NCBI GenBank assembly: GCA_023459335.1
Contig: JAEWUO010000005.1
Coordinates: forward strand, 11,168 to 75,167
Direction: 5' to 3'
Source of the DNA: Bacillota bacterium
GTDB taxonomy: Bacteria > Bacillota > Clostridia > Christensenellales > CAG-138
Length of the DNA stretch: 64,000 nt
In this document: in pieces, positions 31,249-40,732 of the stretch
Position numbering within the stretch: position 1 is the first letter of the stretch
How the letters are laid out: each line of letters starts with the position of its first letter
The notes under the pieces: model-generated
Databases searched by the model: none
What the model saw: the letters and a program-made list of their open reading frames with translations, nothing else
What the model was told of the DNA's origin: nothing
Made by a program: the position numbers and the translations under genes

Positions 31249-32304
31249 TCAGTCTTGTATGACTCCCCAGCCCTTCGTGAGTTTTTCCGGGCGCAGATAA
31301 CCCGTGATGTTTTGATAAACGATCTTCGTCCAGCCGTCTTCCGTAGTCTCAAGGACCCGAACGGACACGCGGGCGGGTACTTTGCAGATCTGTTCCGATT
31401 CCGTATCCGGCTCGCGATAGATCCATTCGGTTGTTTTCAGAATATCCGCATCTGCTATTGTATCCGCCGCGTCCTGCTGATAGGAGAGATACCCGCGCAG
31501 GACATAGCCTTCCTTCTTGCCGAAGCGCACCTTCACCCAGGCTTCGCTGTCGATTAGAACCTCCAGCTCATCTCCGACCGCCAGGCGCGCGACGGAGTCG
31601 AACGAACTGCCGCTGCCCTTCCTCAGCCGCGCCCCCTCGACGGTGACCCATGTGCGCATGTTCGGCAGTTCTTCTGTTTCATCGGTGATCGTTTTCTGAA
31701 ACGCGTTATACTCCGCGAACGACAGCTTGCACTTCAGCGCGCGGCGCAGATCGCTGTTGCTGGGTTCGTTCGCGCTGATTTCGACGACCGTACCCGGGCA
31801 TGCGTAATAATAGAGCCACTTCGCGTCCTCCACATAAAGCCGCACGCACCCGTGGGACACCTTCTGCCCCATATCGTAGTAGGGCTGGCGCTGCAGAGCG
31901 TCCACGGAACGTCTTGTGTAGAGTAGCGAGTGAAAATAGATGCTTCCTACGATCTGCACCCAATAGCGCGCGTATTCGCCGCTGAAATTTGCGAATTTTC
32001 CAAAACGCTCCCGGCCGCCGATCTTCCAGATTCCGCGCGGCGTCGGCGTCGCCTCGTCTTCGGGGTCCGCCTCGTCCACATCCGTGCGCCCGCTCGCGCA
32101 GAGAAAGCGGCGGACCACCCTGGTGTATTCGCCAGTTTCGTCTTTTTCAAATACCGTGACGATCTGATTGCGAAGATCGAGCAGGATGTAGTATTTCTCC
32201 GGGTCTTCGTTTTTCAGCTCGTCGCGCGCATACGCCCGTCCAGGTACGGAAAGGATCGTGAGAAAGGCAGCCGCGGCGCAGAGCGCCGCCAGTATCCGTT
32301 TCAC
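31249..32304 (-). CDS. L,D-transpeptidase (YkuD domain) with C-terminal SH3-like repeats
   Basis: SHGCVRL catalytic motif. Start refined to GTG 32302-32304, giving the signal peptide MKRILAALCAAAAFLTILSVPGRAYA. The tracked ORF extends to 32400 across a hairpin. Confidence 0.82.
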   Translation of the reverse strand: MKRILAALCAAAAFLTILSVPGRAYARDELKNEDPEKYYILLDLRNQIVTVFEKDETGEYTRVVRRFLCASGRTDVDEADPEDEATPTPRGIWKIGGRERFGKFANFSGEYARYWVQIVGSIYFHSLLYTRRSVDALQRQPYYDMGQKVSHGCVRLYVEDAKWLYYYACPGTVVEISANEPSNSDLRRALKCKLSFAEYNAFQKTITDETEELPNMRTWVTVEGARLRKGSGSSFDSVARLAVGDELEVLIDSEAWVKVRFGKKEGYVLRGYLSYQQDAADTIADADILKTTEWIYREPDTESEQICKVPARVSVRVLETTEDGWTKIVYQNITGYLRPEKLTKGWGVIQD

Positions 32305-32321
32305 ATGCTCAATTTTCCCTT

Positions 32322-32371
32322 TACAGGGGAGAAAAGCAGATACGCGGGAAAGGCTCTCCGCCCTTCCCGCG
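32322..32371 (-). terminator. Hairpin (possible terminator or attenuator) between the NlpC/P60 and L,D-transpeptidase genes
   Basis: 12-bp stem with one mismatch (CGCGGGAAGGGC/GCCTTTCCCGCG, 32343-32371). The minus strand continues with TATCTGCTTTTCTCCCC. Confidence 0.4.
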
Positions 32372-32401
32372 TATATTCCGTTTTCTTTTTCGCGCCGCAC
32401 G

Positions 32402-34636
32402 TCAGAACACGCGGTAAGCGCAGATGAAATGCTGCTGCCAATACCCGCCGGAGTTCAGTACGGACGAGGACTGGCGAACCTGCCCTTCGGAGGAGCTCGC
32501 GTCGATCATCTTTCCGCCGCCGATATAGATGCCGACGTGCCCGTCGGTAGCGGTGCTTCCCGAGAACACCAGGATATCGCCGCGTTGGATCGACCCGCTG
32601 CTGGATATCTTCTGGAACCGCGATGTTGATCTCCAGGCGATGGATGTCATATAGCTCGTGCTCACGCCCGAGTTCTTCAGGCACCAATAGACGAAACCGG
32701 AGCAGTCGAAGGTATTCGGGCCTTTCGCACCGCGCACGTATTTGCTGCCGATCTTACTCTGAGCCAGCGCAATGAGCTTTTCCACGCCCGTCGAGTTGAT
32801 TACGGCGCTAGAGCCGCTGCTCGAAGAACTGCCGGAAGAGCTGCTGCTTGAAGAGCCGCTGGTGCCGCTGCTGGATTCTTTGGTGGAAGAGGGTGTGCTG
32901 ACCGCCTTTTTCGCGCTAGAGGATACCATGATGGAAAGCGTTACGGCGCCGACCTTGCCGTCCGCCGACAGCCCCATGCGCTTCTGGAACGCCTTGACGG
33001 CGTCCTCGGTGATCTCTCCGAAATAAGCGGTCGCGTTTGCGCTTGAAAGATAGTTCAGCGCCGCAAGCCGTTTCTGCATTTTTTGTACGTCCGTACCGTA
33101 ATCGCCCAGCTGCATCACCATCGCCTGCGCGTCGCCCGAAAGGATCAGATCGCGCGTGACAGGCCCCAGAGCGCCGTCGCGCGTCAGCCCGTTCGCCTGC
33201 TGGAACGCTTTGATGGCGGAGACGGTCGTCTTATCCATCACGCCGTTCGGACTTTTTGTCATGTAACCGAGCTTTTTCAACGCGGTCTGACAGTTCTTAA
33301 TAACAGGATTTTCATCTCCCAGGCGGTAGGCGTTGCTTACGACGTCCTCGCCGTAGAGCATCTCGAGCGTCTTGACGCCGACCTTGCCGTCCGCCGTAAG
33401 ATCGTTTTTCTTCTGGAAAGTTTTCGCGGCTTCCTCAGTTTTTTCTCCGAATTTGCCCTGAATATTCGCTTTATTATCCAGATAACCGAGTTCGTAAAGA
33501 CGCTGCTGAACGCCCTCGACGTCCGGGCCGGAGTCGCCGATCTGCATCACGTAAATCTTTGCGCTTCCGCTCATGAGCAGATCGTAAGTCGCCTGTCCGC
33601 AAATGCCGTCGTCGTCCAGCCCGTTATGACGCTGAAACGCCACGAGCGCGCTTTGCGTCAACGGGCCAAAGTGCTGCGTCGGCTCATCGGAGTCCATATA
33701 ACCTAGCTCCATGAGTTTCGTCTGCAGCGTCGAGACGATTTCGCTGTTGTCTCCTTCTTTCAGTTCGCCGGTAAATGAGGACGGCGCCGCCTCAGCCGTC
33801 GCCGTGGGGTCGATCGTCTGTTCCGTCGCTGAATCCGTGTTTTCGCCTGCTGCGTCCGTCGTCCCGTCCGTGATCGCGGGATCGACCGCCGCGCTGTCCA
33901 GCGCGACCGGTTCAGACTCCAGCGCGGTGTATGCCGCGAGTTGATCCGCCCCGTCTGCTTTGGACGGTTTTCCGGGCAGAGCGAGCGCGAGCACGATGAC
34001 CGCTACAACGACAAGCCCAAACGCGCTGCTTGCGATCAGCAGCGTGCGGGAGGGAAGCTCCATCAGAAACTGATAGACGCCGCGCACACCGAGGAAGGCG
34101 CCCCTGGCGATCAGGCGCACGCCCGCAAGCAGGCCTTTTTTGATCTTGCCCCAAGCGCCGGAAGCGGGGACGGATCGTTTTTTTGAGAATCCGGGATCGT
34201 TTCTCCTGACGGCCGCGGCCTGTGAAACCGAGGCTTCCTTTGCCTGCGCCAGTCTGTCGCCGAAGGCCTGAATTTCCCGGCCGAGGTTTTTCCAGAAGCG
34301 TTTGAACTTGCTCTTTTTTTTCTTTTTCGGCGGAATATTGCGCGCTTCGTACGTATACCGCGCCGCGTTTTGATCTTTCCTCTGCTGCGGCGCGCGCCGC
34401 TCTTCCGCGGGACGGCTTTTTTTCGCATAGTCAACGGCGCGGTATTCACCGCTCCGCGCGTTCTGTTTCGCGGGAGCGCTGCTGCCGTGATGCGCCGGCG
34501 ATTTCTTTTTTGGATGAAAATGCGCCTCTTCGGCGCCGCGGACTGCGCTGTGCGCGGCCGGTCTCTTTGCCGGAGAGCCGTTCTTTTTTAAACTCTCTTG
34601 CGAAACCCTCCGCGCGGTGCGGGGATCGGTAGGCAC
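32402..34636 (-). CDS. NlpC/P60 (C40) peptidoglycan endopeptidase with multiple PG-binding repeats and a long basic N-terminal tail
   Basis: C-terminal DCSGFVYWC...GHVGIYIGG catalytic region. At least four PG_binding_1-like repeats (LGYM...G.FG..T..A...FQ). Poly-Ser linker. One TM helix after about 190 basic residues. GTG start with an AAGGAG RBS. Confidence 0.85.
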   Translation of the reverse strand: MPTDPRTARRVSQESLKKNGSPAKRPAAHSAVRGAEEAHFHPKKKSPAHHGSSAPAKQNARSGEYRAVDYAKKSRPAEERRAPQQRKDQNAARYTYEARNIPPKKKKKSKFKRFWKNLGREIQAFGDRLAQAKEASVSQAAAVRRNDPGFSKKRSVPASGAWGKIKKGLLAGVRLIARGAFLGVRGVYQFLMELPSRTLLIASSAFGLVVVAVIVLALALPGKPSKADGADQLAAYTALESEPVALDSAAVDPAITDGTTDAAGENTDSATEQTIDPTATAEAAPSSFTGELKEGDNSEIVSTLQTKLMELGYMDSDEPTQHFGPLTQSALVAFQRHNGLDDDGICGQATYDLLMSGSAKIYVMQIGDSGPDVEGVQQRLYELGYLDNKANIQGKFGEKTEEAAKTFQKKNDLTADGKVGVKTLEMLYGEDVVSNAYRLGDENPVIKNCQTALKKLGYMTKSPNGVMDKTTVSAIKAFQQANGLTRDGALGPVTRDLILSGDAQAMVMQLGDYGTDVQKMQKRLAALNYLSSANATAYFGEITEDAVKAFQKRMGLSADGKVGAVTLSIMVSSSAKKAVSTPSSTKESSSGTSGSSSSSSSGSSSSSGSSAVINSTGVEKLIALAQSKIGSKYVRGAKGPNTFDCSGFVYWCLKNSGVSTSYMTSIAWRSTSRFQKISSSGSIQRGDILVFSGSTATDGHVGIYIGGGKMIDASSSEGQVRQSSSVLNSGGYWQQHFICAYRVF

Positions 34637-34781
34637 GTTCAGACTCCTTTCGGCAGAATCCGGCCATGTGCCGCTGCCTGTTATCCAAATCTGATGTCAC
34701 GATGAGTATAGCAATCAATCGTGACGCTGGGTTGAACATTTTTTTAACGAATCGATAATACCGCTGCCGCGAAAAAGCGGT

Positions 34782-35819
34782 TCAGCCGTCGTAATATTCG
34801 CCGCGGCGGTAATCGTAGATCGCGGCGTTGTATTTCCTCAGATCATCGAGCACGAGACCCGTACCGAGCGCGACGCAGGAAATCGGGTCCTCCGCAACGC
34901 GGCACGGCACGTTTGTGCGCTCGGTGACATACCGGTCGAGCCCCGCGAGCAGCGCGCCTCCGCCGGTAAGTACGATGCCGGATTCCGCGATGTCGTTCGC
35001 GAGTTCGGGCGGCGTGCGCTCTAACAATCCGCGTATGCGCTCAAGGATCGCAAACAACGGCTCGCTGAGCGCGTCCACCATCTCGTTTGTCCCGATCGGA
35101 ACCGCTTCCGGAAGACCGGTGACCAAGTTTCTGCCGTGCACTTCGATCACGCGCTGTTCTTTTTCGATGTGCGCGCGACCGTATGCAATCTTGATATCCT
35201 CCGCGCTGCGCTCGCCGATATAGAGGCTGTGCTTGCGCTTCATATAACGGCGCAGTGCGTCGTCAAACTTGTCCCCCGCCATCTTAATGGAATCCGAGAG
35301 CACGATCGCGCCGTGCGAGATGAGCGCGATGTCCGTCGTTCCCCCGCCGATGTCGACCACCATATGCCCCTTGTGTTCGTTGATGTTCAGCCCCGCGCCG
35401 ATGGCGGCGGCGATGGGCTCCTCGATCAGATAGGTATAGCGCGCGCCCGCCTCGTCGGATGCCTCGATGACGCAGCGCTTCTCCGCTTCGGTCACGCCGG
35501 AAGGCACGCACACCACCGCGCGGGGTTTATAGAGCAGGCGCGTGCCGACCACTTTTTGAAAGAAATAGCGCAGCATGCGCGCCGTGACGTCAAAATTGGA
35601 GATCACTCCGTCCCGCAGCGGCCGTATGACGAGGAGATTCGCCGGTTCGCGCCCCATGAGCTTGCGCGCCTCCTCGCCGATGGCGGCGATGCGGCCGGTC
35701 ACGCGTTCCACCGCGACGACGGACGGCTCCTTCAGCACAATCCCCTTGCCTTTTACGTAAACCAGCGTAGAGGATGTGCCCAGATCGATCCCGATATCGG
35801 ATGTCGTAAATAAACCCAT
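34782..35819 (-). CDS. mreB: Rod-shape-determining actin homologue MreB/Mbl
   Basis: MGLFTTSDIGIDLGTSSTLVY and MVVDIGGGTTD are actin-fold phosphate motifs. Start refined by N-terminal conservation. Confidence 0.93.
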   Translation of the reverse strand: MGLFTTSDIGIDLGTSSTLVYVKGKGIVLKEPSVVAVERVTGRIAAIGEEARKLMGREPANLLVIRPLRDGVISNFDVTARMLRYFFQKVVGTRLLYKPRAVVCVPSGVTEAEKRCVIEASDEAGARYTYLIEEPIAAAIGAGLNINEHKGHMVVDIGGGTTDIALISHGAIVLSDSIKMAGDKFDDALRRYMKRKHSLYIGERSAEDIKIAYGRAHIEKEQRVIEVHGRNLVTGLPEAVPIGTNEMVDALSEPLFAILERIRGLLERTPPELANDIAESGIVLTGGGALLAGLDRYVTERTNVPCRVAEDPISCVALGTGLVLDDLRKYNAAIYDYRRGEYYDG

Positions 35820-35993
35820 TTCCAAACCCGCTTTCATGCGCTCTTTACGGGCGCATACAGCCTATGATATCAATTGATTTTAACATGCGTGGGTGGCAGG
35901 GACAATCAAACAAAGTGTGAACGGAGTATGAAGACGCGGGATGCCGCTCGCTTCCGGTGTTGGATTCCTCCGTTTGTCACCGCTGTCAGCATA

Positions 35994-36017
35994 CAAAAAA
36001 GCCGCTCGAAGCGGCTT
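35994..36017 (-). terminator. Rho-independent terminator after the Sir2 gene
   Basis: AAGCCGC-tcgaa-GCGGCTT followed by TTTTTT on the minus strand. Confidence 0.75.
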
Positions 36018-36031
36018 CTGTGTTCGCTTTC

Positions 36032-36796
36032 TCAGGCTTCTTTTGCGAGCGTTTTATTCAGCACCGCCTTACGCAGCACCTGCCCGATCGGGGCGGAGAT
36101 GTTCAGCGTGGCGCTGCCGGTGCGGCTGTTGCTTCCCAGATTGATCACCACGAGGCTGCGCCCGTGGAAGTAATTCACGAGTCCCGCCGCAGGGTAAACG
36201 GCGAGCGACGTGCCGCCGATGATGAGCGTATCCGCCTTGTCCATCTGCGCGATCGCGGGACGCAGCACCTTCTCGTTGAGCGGCTCTTCATAGAGCACCA
36301 CGTCCGGCTTGATGATGCCGCCGCAGTAGCAGGTCGGAACGCCGGGCTTGCGGAGGATATCCTGCAGGGCATACGCGCGGTTGCAGTTCATGCAGTGGTT
36401 GATATAGACGCTGCCATGCAGCTCGAATACCGTGCGGCTGCCCGCCTTCTGATGCAGGCCGTCGATATTCTGCGTCACGACGGCGGCGAGCAGGCCTTCG
36501 CGCTCCATCTGAGCGAGCGCGCGGTGGCAGTCGTTCGGGATCGCGTTCGGATACAGCAGGTGTTTTTTGTAATAGTCGTAGAAAGTCTCCGTATGCTTGA
36601 GGAAAAAAGAGTGGCTCAAAAGGACTTCCGGCGGGTAACCGTAATCCCGCATGGCGGCAAACACCCCGTCCTTGGACCGAAAATCCGGTATCCCGCTTTC
36701 GGTGGACGTACCCGCTCCGCCGAGAAAAACGACCCTGCGCGAGCGCGCGAGAATATGCCTGAGTTCATCAACCTTGGAAAACTCCTCTTCGTACAT
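36032..36796 (-). CDS. cobB: NAD-dependent protein deacylase (Sir2/CobB family)
   Basis: GAGTSTESGIPDFRS motif, a Zn-ribbon Cys pair (CMNC...CYCGG) and the catalytic ELHG region. Confidence 0.9.
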   Translation of the reverse strand: MYEEEFSKVDELRHILARSRRVVFLGGAGTSTESGIPDFRSKDGVFAAMRDYGYPPEVLLSHSFFLKHTETFYDYYKKHLLYPNAIPNDCHRALAQMEREGLLAAVVTQNIDGLHQKAGSRTVFELHGSVYINHCMNCNRAYALQDILRKPGVPTCYCGGIIKPDVVLYEEPLNEKVLRPAIAQMDKADTLIIGGTSLAVYPAAGLVNYFHGRSLVVINLGSNSRTGSATLNISAPIGQVLRKAVLNKTLAKEA

Positions 36797-37064
36797 AAGC
36801 GCCGATACTCTCTTTTCCCGATCCTTGTGACCGATCGATTCACGGATATGAAATAAGAACAGAAAGTCATATATGTTATGATATTTATTTTAGCACGTTT
36901 TCAGCAGCATGGCGCATCTTTCCTGAAACAAAATTGTGACTTGTTCAAATTGCATGCGATTGATTTTGCATATGCTCAGGGCGCGTACGAATTTTACTAT
37001 AAAATAATACCGGGAGCGGTTCTTTGGGTGGCATCTGCCCGAGCGGATATGGTAAAATACCGTT

Positions 37065-38330
37065 ATGAACACAAGATTTTACAACGCGCGAATCCTTCCG
37101 CTGGACGGGAGCACACCGCTCTTTTCCGGCGAACTGCTCGTCCGTAACGGCCGCATCGCCGCGCTCGGCGAACGGGTTTCGTTTACGGAAAAGATCGACC
37201 GCGAGATCGACTGCCGCGGAAACCTGCTCATGCCGGGTTTTAAAAACGCGCACACGCACAGCGGCATGACGTTTTTACGTTCGCTGGCGGACGACCTGCC
37301 CCTTCAGCGCTGGCTGACGGAGCAGGTGTTCCCCAAAGAGGCGCAGCTCACGCCGGACGACGTATACGTTCTTACCAAGCTCGCCATATTGGAATACCTC
37401 ACCAGCGGCATCACCATGATGTTCGACATGTATTTTGCGCGGGAGAGCATCGCGCGCGCCGCGATCGACACCGGTTTCCGCGCGGCGCTGGTCGGCTGTG
37501 CGAACGACTACGGCGGAAGCGCCAAGGAAACGGAAGAGGAATACGCGCGGTATACCCGCCTTGACCCGCTGATCTCCTACCGTCTCGGATTCCACGCGGA
37601 GTACACGACGGGCGAAGCGCTGCTTCGCGATCTTGCGGACATGGTTCACTCGTTGAAACAGCCGTTCTATACGCACCTGAACGAAACCGCCGCCGAGGTG
37701 GAGAGCTGCGTTGCGCACAGCGGGATGCGGACGATCGAATATCTCGATACCTTCGGCCTGTTCGATTACGGCGGCGGCGGATACCACTGCGTGCACGTTT
37801 CCGAGCGCGAAATGGAGATCATGCGGGAGCGCAAAATGAGCGTGATCACCTGCCCCGGTTCCAATATGAAGCTTGCGAGCGGAATCGCCCCGGTCTACGA
37901 ATATCTCGAGCGCGGCATCCCCGTCGCCATCGGCACGGACGGCTCCGCCAGCAACAACTGTCTCGATTTCTTCCGGGAAATGTTCCTTGTCACGGGGCTG
38001 CAGAAGCTCCGGCACGGCGCCGAGGCGGTGGACGCAACAAACGTGCTGACCATGGCCTGCCGCAACGGCGCGTATGCCTGCGGTTTCGACGATTGCGACT
38101 GTCTGGCTGCCGGCAAACAGGCGGATTTGATCCTGATCGATCTGGATCAGCCGAACATGCAGCCGCTCAACAACATTGAGAAGAACATCGTCTACAGCGG
38201 AAGCAAGCAAAACGTCGCGCTGACCATGATCGCAGGCAAGATCCTTTACGAGCGCGGCGAATTCTTGATCGGCGACGATCCGGCCCGGATTTACGCGGAG
38301 GCGGAAAGCATCGTCCGCCGTATCAAATAA
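37065..38330 (+). CDS. mtaD: Amidohydrolase, 5-methylthioadenosine/S-adenosylhomocysteine deaminase-like
   Basis: PGFKNAHTHSGMT (HxH metal site), HLNET and GTDGSASNN motifs, typical of the MtaD/guanine-deaminase-like subgroup. Confidence 0.8.
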   Translation: MNTRFYNARILPLDGSTPLFSGELLVRNGRIAALGERVSFTEKIDREIDCRGNLLMPGFKNAHTHSGMTFLRSLADDLPLQRWLTEQVFPKEAQLTPDDVYVLTKLAILEYLTSGITMMFDMYFARESIARAAIDTGFRAALVGCANDYGGSAKETEEEYARYTRLDPLISYRLGFHAEYTTGEALLRDLADMVHSLKQPFYTHLNETAAEVESCVAHSGMRTIEYLDTFGLFDYGGGGYHCVHVSEREMEIMRERKMSVITCPGSNMKLASGIAPVYEYLERGIPVAIGTDGSASNNCLDFFREMFLVTGLQKLRHGAEAVDATNVLTMACRNGAYACGFDDCDCLAAGKQADLILIDLDQPNMQPLNNIEKNIVYSGSKQNVALTMIAGKILYERGEFLIGDDPARIYAEAESIVRRIK

Positions 38331-38342
38331 CCGTTGGATGTT

Positions 38343-39089
38343 ATGATAGATAAATCGGGTTTGCTCAAAAAGATCGCGCCCCTGTTCTCCGGCTGGGATG
38401 AAACGCTCATCTGGTCGGTGCTGGAGGGGCATATGGGATACGCCATCGTCGATTCGGAAGAAAATCCCGTTTCGGCGCAGCTGGCGATCGGCGATATCTG
38501 TTTCTTCGGCGGGGTTCCGAGCGAAACGCTTGCCGCAAAGGCGGCGGCCGAGGAACTCGTCCCGCAAAACGAAGGCTGGGAACAGGCCATCGAGCGCGCC
38601 TGGGGCGAGGGCGTTGCGCGCAGGCTGCGTTACGCGATTAAAAAAGAACCGGACGTATTCCGCCGCGACACGCTGCAGTATTACGTAGATTCCCTGCCGA
38701 AAGGATATGAGCTCAGGCTCTTCGACGAGGCAATCTATGCGCAGACGTTCGCCGAAACATGGTCGCAAGACTTCTGCGGCTGTTTTCATGACTGCGCGGA
38801 TTTCCTCCACCGCGGATTCGGGGTTGCGGTGCTGCACGACGGCGCCCTGGTCTCCGGCGCAAGCAGCTATACGATCTGCAACGGCGGCATCGAGATCGAA
38901 ATCGACACCAAACCGGAGTACCGTCAGCGCGGGCTCGCCACCGTATGCGGCGCGCGGCTGATCCTCGAGGCGCTGAACCGCGGTCTGTATCCGAGCTGGG
39001 ACGCGTTCGACCTGCGCAGCGTCGCGCTCGCGGAAAAGCTGGGCTACCACCTGAGCCATCCATATACGATGTATATGAAACAATCCTAA
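38343..39089 (+). CDS. GNAT-family N-acetyltransferase
   Basis: C-terminal IEIDTKPEYRQRGLATVCGARLI is a GNAT motif-A-like (Q/RxxGxA) segment. The start is ambiguous (TTG 38334 or ATG 38343). Confidence 0.7.
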   Translation: MIDKSGLLKKIAPLFSGWDETLIWSVLEGHMGYAIVDSEENPVSAQLAIGDICFFGGVPSETLAAKAAAEELVPQNEGWEQAIERAWGEGVARRLRYAIKKEPDVFRRDTLQYYVDSLPKGYELRLFDEAIYAQTFAETWSQDFCGCFHDCADFLHRGFGVAVLHDGALVSGASSYTICNGGIEIEIDTKPEYRQRGLATVCGARLILEALNRGLYPSWDAFDLRSVALAEKLGYHLSHPYTMYMKQS

Positions 39090-39190
39090 AAACAAGGCCC
39101 GGCGGAGCCATCCAGATACGATGCGTATAAAACAATCTTAAATAAGACCCGACCGAGTTATATCCAGATACGACGCATCTGCGCAGTCAT
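39053..39190 (+). repeat. Tandem ~51-bp direct repeat (about 2.7 copies) that reiterates the last codons and stop of the GNAT gene
   Basis: Units start at 39053, 39105 and 39155. Unit 1 encodes SHPYTMYMKQS-stop, unit 2 would encode SHPDTMRIKQS-stop, and unit 3 is degenerate. Confidence 0.8.
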
Positions 39191-39227
39191 AAAAAAGTCC
39201 CCGATCCGCTTCGATCGGGGACTTTCC
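39191..39227 (-). terminator. Terminator after the SDR epimerase gene (also faces the GNAT gene)
   Basis: 10-bp stem GTCCCCGATC/GATCGGGGAC (39197-39222) followed by TTTTTT on the minus strand. Confidence 0.8.
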
Positions 39228-39237
39228 ATTATATTGT

Positions 39238-40284
39238 TCAGCCCATCGCGGGAGCGGGTTTGATCCCATGCTTCCGAAAGAGGCTCTTGCGTTCCCTGGT
39301 CAGGAAAGAAACCGTGTCCTTCAGCGTCGCGCTGAGGTCACGCGGTTTATAACCGAGATCGCGGCGCGCCTTTTCGTAGGTAAAGCGCGCGTTGCTCGTG
39401 AGCGTATAGAGCGTATAACGCGTAAAGAGCGGCGATTCGTGGCGGATCTTGTAATACAGTTCCGCCAGCGGCGCGGTCATCTTGGCGAACCAGAGCGGCA
39501 AAACGGTCGTAATCTTTTTCCCGCCGGTCACGCGGGACAGCGTATTCAGAAGTTCGCGCACGGGGACATAGCGGTTCGAAAGGATATAGCACTCGCCTTT
39601 CCTGCCCTTATCCGCAGCGGCGATCACGCCGTCGGCAACGTCCCTCACATCCACAAAATCATAACCGCCCTCGACGCAGGCCGTCAGCGAGCCGTTGAGG
39701 TAGTTGATGACCATCTGCGTCAGGTGTCCGTGGCCATAGTCGTTGGGACCTATGATACCGGATGGATGGATCACCGTCGCGTCCAATCCGCCTTTTACCG
39801 CGTCGAGCACGATCTGGGTTGCGGCGGCTTTCGTCTTTGCGTAGAGACCGATCACGCTGTCGGGCTGGAAGCCCTCCACTTCGTGGATCACGCTGCCGTG
39901 CGGCAGCTCCGGCAGCGCGTGAACGGAGCTGATATAAACCAGCTTTTTAACCTTGTGCTCCTTGCAGAGGTTGACGACGTTTTCCGTGCCGCGGACATTC
40001 ACGTCCACAACGCGCTGGTCGTATTTCGACGCGACGGACACGATGCCCGCACAGTGGATGAAGTAAATCTCATCGTCATCCTTCAACCCGTAAAACAGGG
40101 GTTCAAGCGACGATCTGTCCCGCACGTCTCCGCGCACGATGGATACCGCGTCGCCATACAGCATGGTGACGTCTTCATTCGGAAGCGCAAATCCGCGCAC
40201 CGTTTCGCCGGCGGCCAGCAATTCCTGGGCAACCGTGTTTCCCAGATGGCCGCCTACGCCTGTAATAATATAAACTCGTTTCAT
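39238..40284 (-). CDS. NAD(P)-dependent epimerase/dehydratase (extended SDR, dihydroflavonol-reductase-like)
   Basis: MKRVYIITGVGGHLGNTV is a Rossmann motif, and the YAKTK catalytic YxxxK is present. Start refined to the internal ATG. Confidence 0.82.
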   Translation of the reverse strand: MKRVYIITGVGGHLGNTVAQELLAAGETVRGFALPNEDVTMLYGDAVSIVRGDVRDRSSLEPLFYGLKDDDEIYFIHCAGIVSVASKYDQRVVDVNVRGTENVVNLCKEHKVKKLVYISSVHALPELPHGSVIHEVEGFQPDSVIGLYAKTKAAATQIVLDAVKGGLDATVIHPSGIIGPNDYGHGHLTQMVINYLNGSLTACVEGGYDFVDVRDVADGVIAAADKGRKGECYILSNRYVPVRELLNTLSRVTGGKKITTVLPLWFAKMTAPLAELYYKIRHESPLFTRYTLYTLTSNARFTYEKARRDLGYKPRDLSATLKDTVSFLTRERKSLFRKHGIKPAPAMG

Positions 40285-40510
40285 GAGAGAATACGCCTCG
40301 CTTTCCATGGTCTCACACGATGAAACATTCTTTGCTTTTCTTCGCCGTTTCCACATTCCCATCATACGGGCATAATGTTACGCGGCTATTACGAAAAACC
40401 AACGTTTTACCGACAACTTTACGGCAATTTTATGAAGCGGCGACAGAATCGGTCCCCTGTCATAAAACATCGCTGGTGCCAGCTTTTTATCGTCTGACAA
40501 GCGCATTCTA

Positions 40511-40638
40511 ACAGCCGATTGTCAATTCTTTCTCAAAAATGTTTCAACGATTTGTTAAGTAGTCCGGCCTGTTTTCCTCTAAAAACAGCCGATTATCATT
40601 TCTTTCTCAAAAATGCTTCAACGATTTATTAAGTAATC
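40511..40638 (+). repeat. Two ~54-bp imperfect direct repeats (40511-40564 and 40585-40638) upstream of the 40733 gene
   Basis: ACAGCCGATTGTCAATTCTTTCTCAAAAATGTTTCAACGATTTGTTAAGTAGTC versus ACAGCCGATTATCATTTCTTTCTCAAAAATGCTTCAACGATTTATTAAGTAATC. Period 74 nt. Confidence 0.85.
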
Positions 40639-40663
40639 TGTCCTTTCGATCCGGAAAAATGAG

Positions 40664-40692
40664 TTGTATATAAACATGTGTTCGTATATAAT
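40664..40692 (+). promoter_or_regulatory. Candidate sigma-70-type promoter for the 40733 gene
   Basis: TTGTAT-N17-TATAAT, located about 40 nt upstream of the ATG. Confidence 0.55.
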
Positions 40693-40732
40693 CAAACTAT
40701 CGTTTTCAAATATCCGTTCGGGAGGCGTAACG

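Noticed and set aside
37275-39095. 606-aa minus-strand ORF
   Set aside because: It spans the opposite strand of two independent, motif-supported genes (mtaD and GNAT) and the gap between them. No domain signature is present.
39053-40638. Direct repeats at 39053-39190 and 40511-40638 considered as CRISPR arrays
   Set aside because: There are only 2-3 copies. The units are contiguous or separated by a single 20-nt spacer, the repeats are imperfect, and no cas genes are present.
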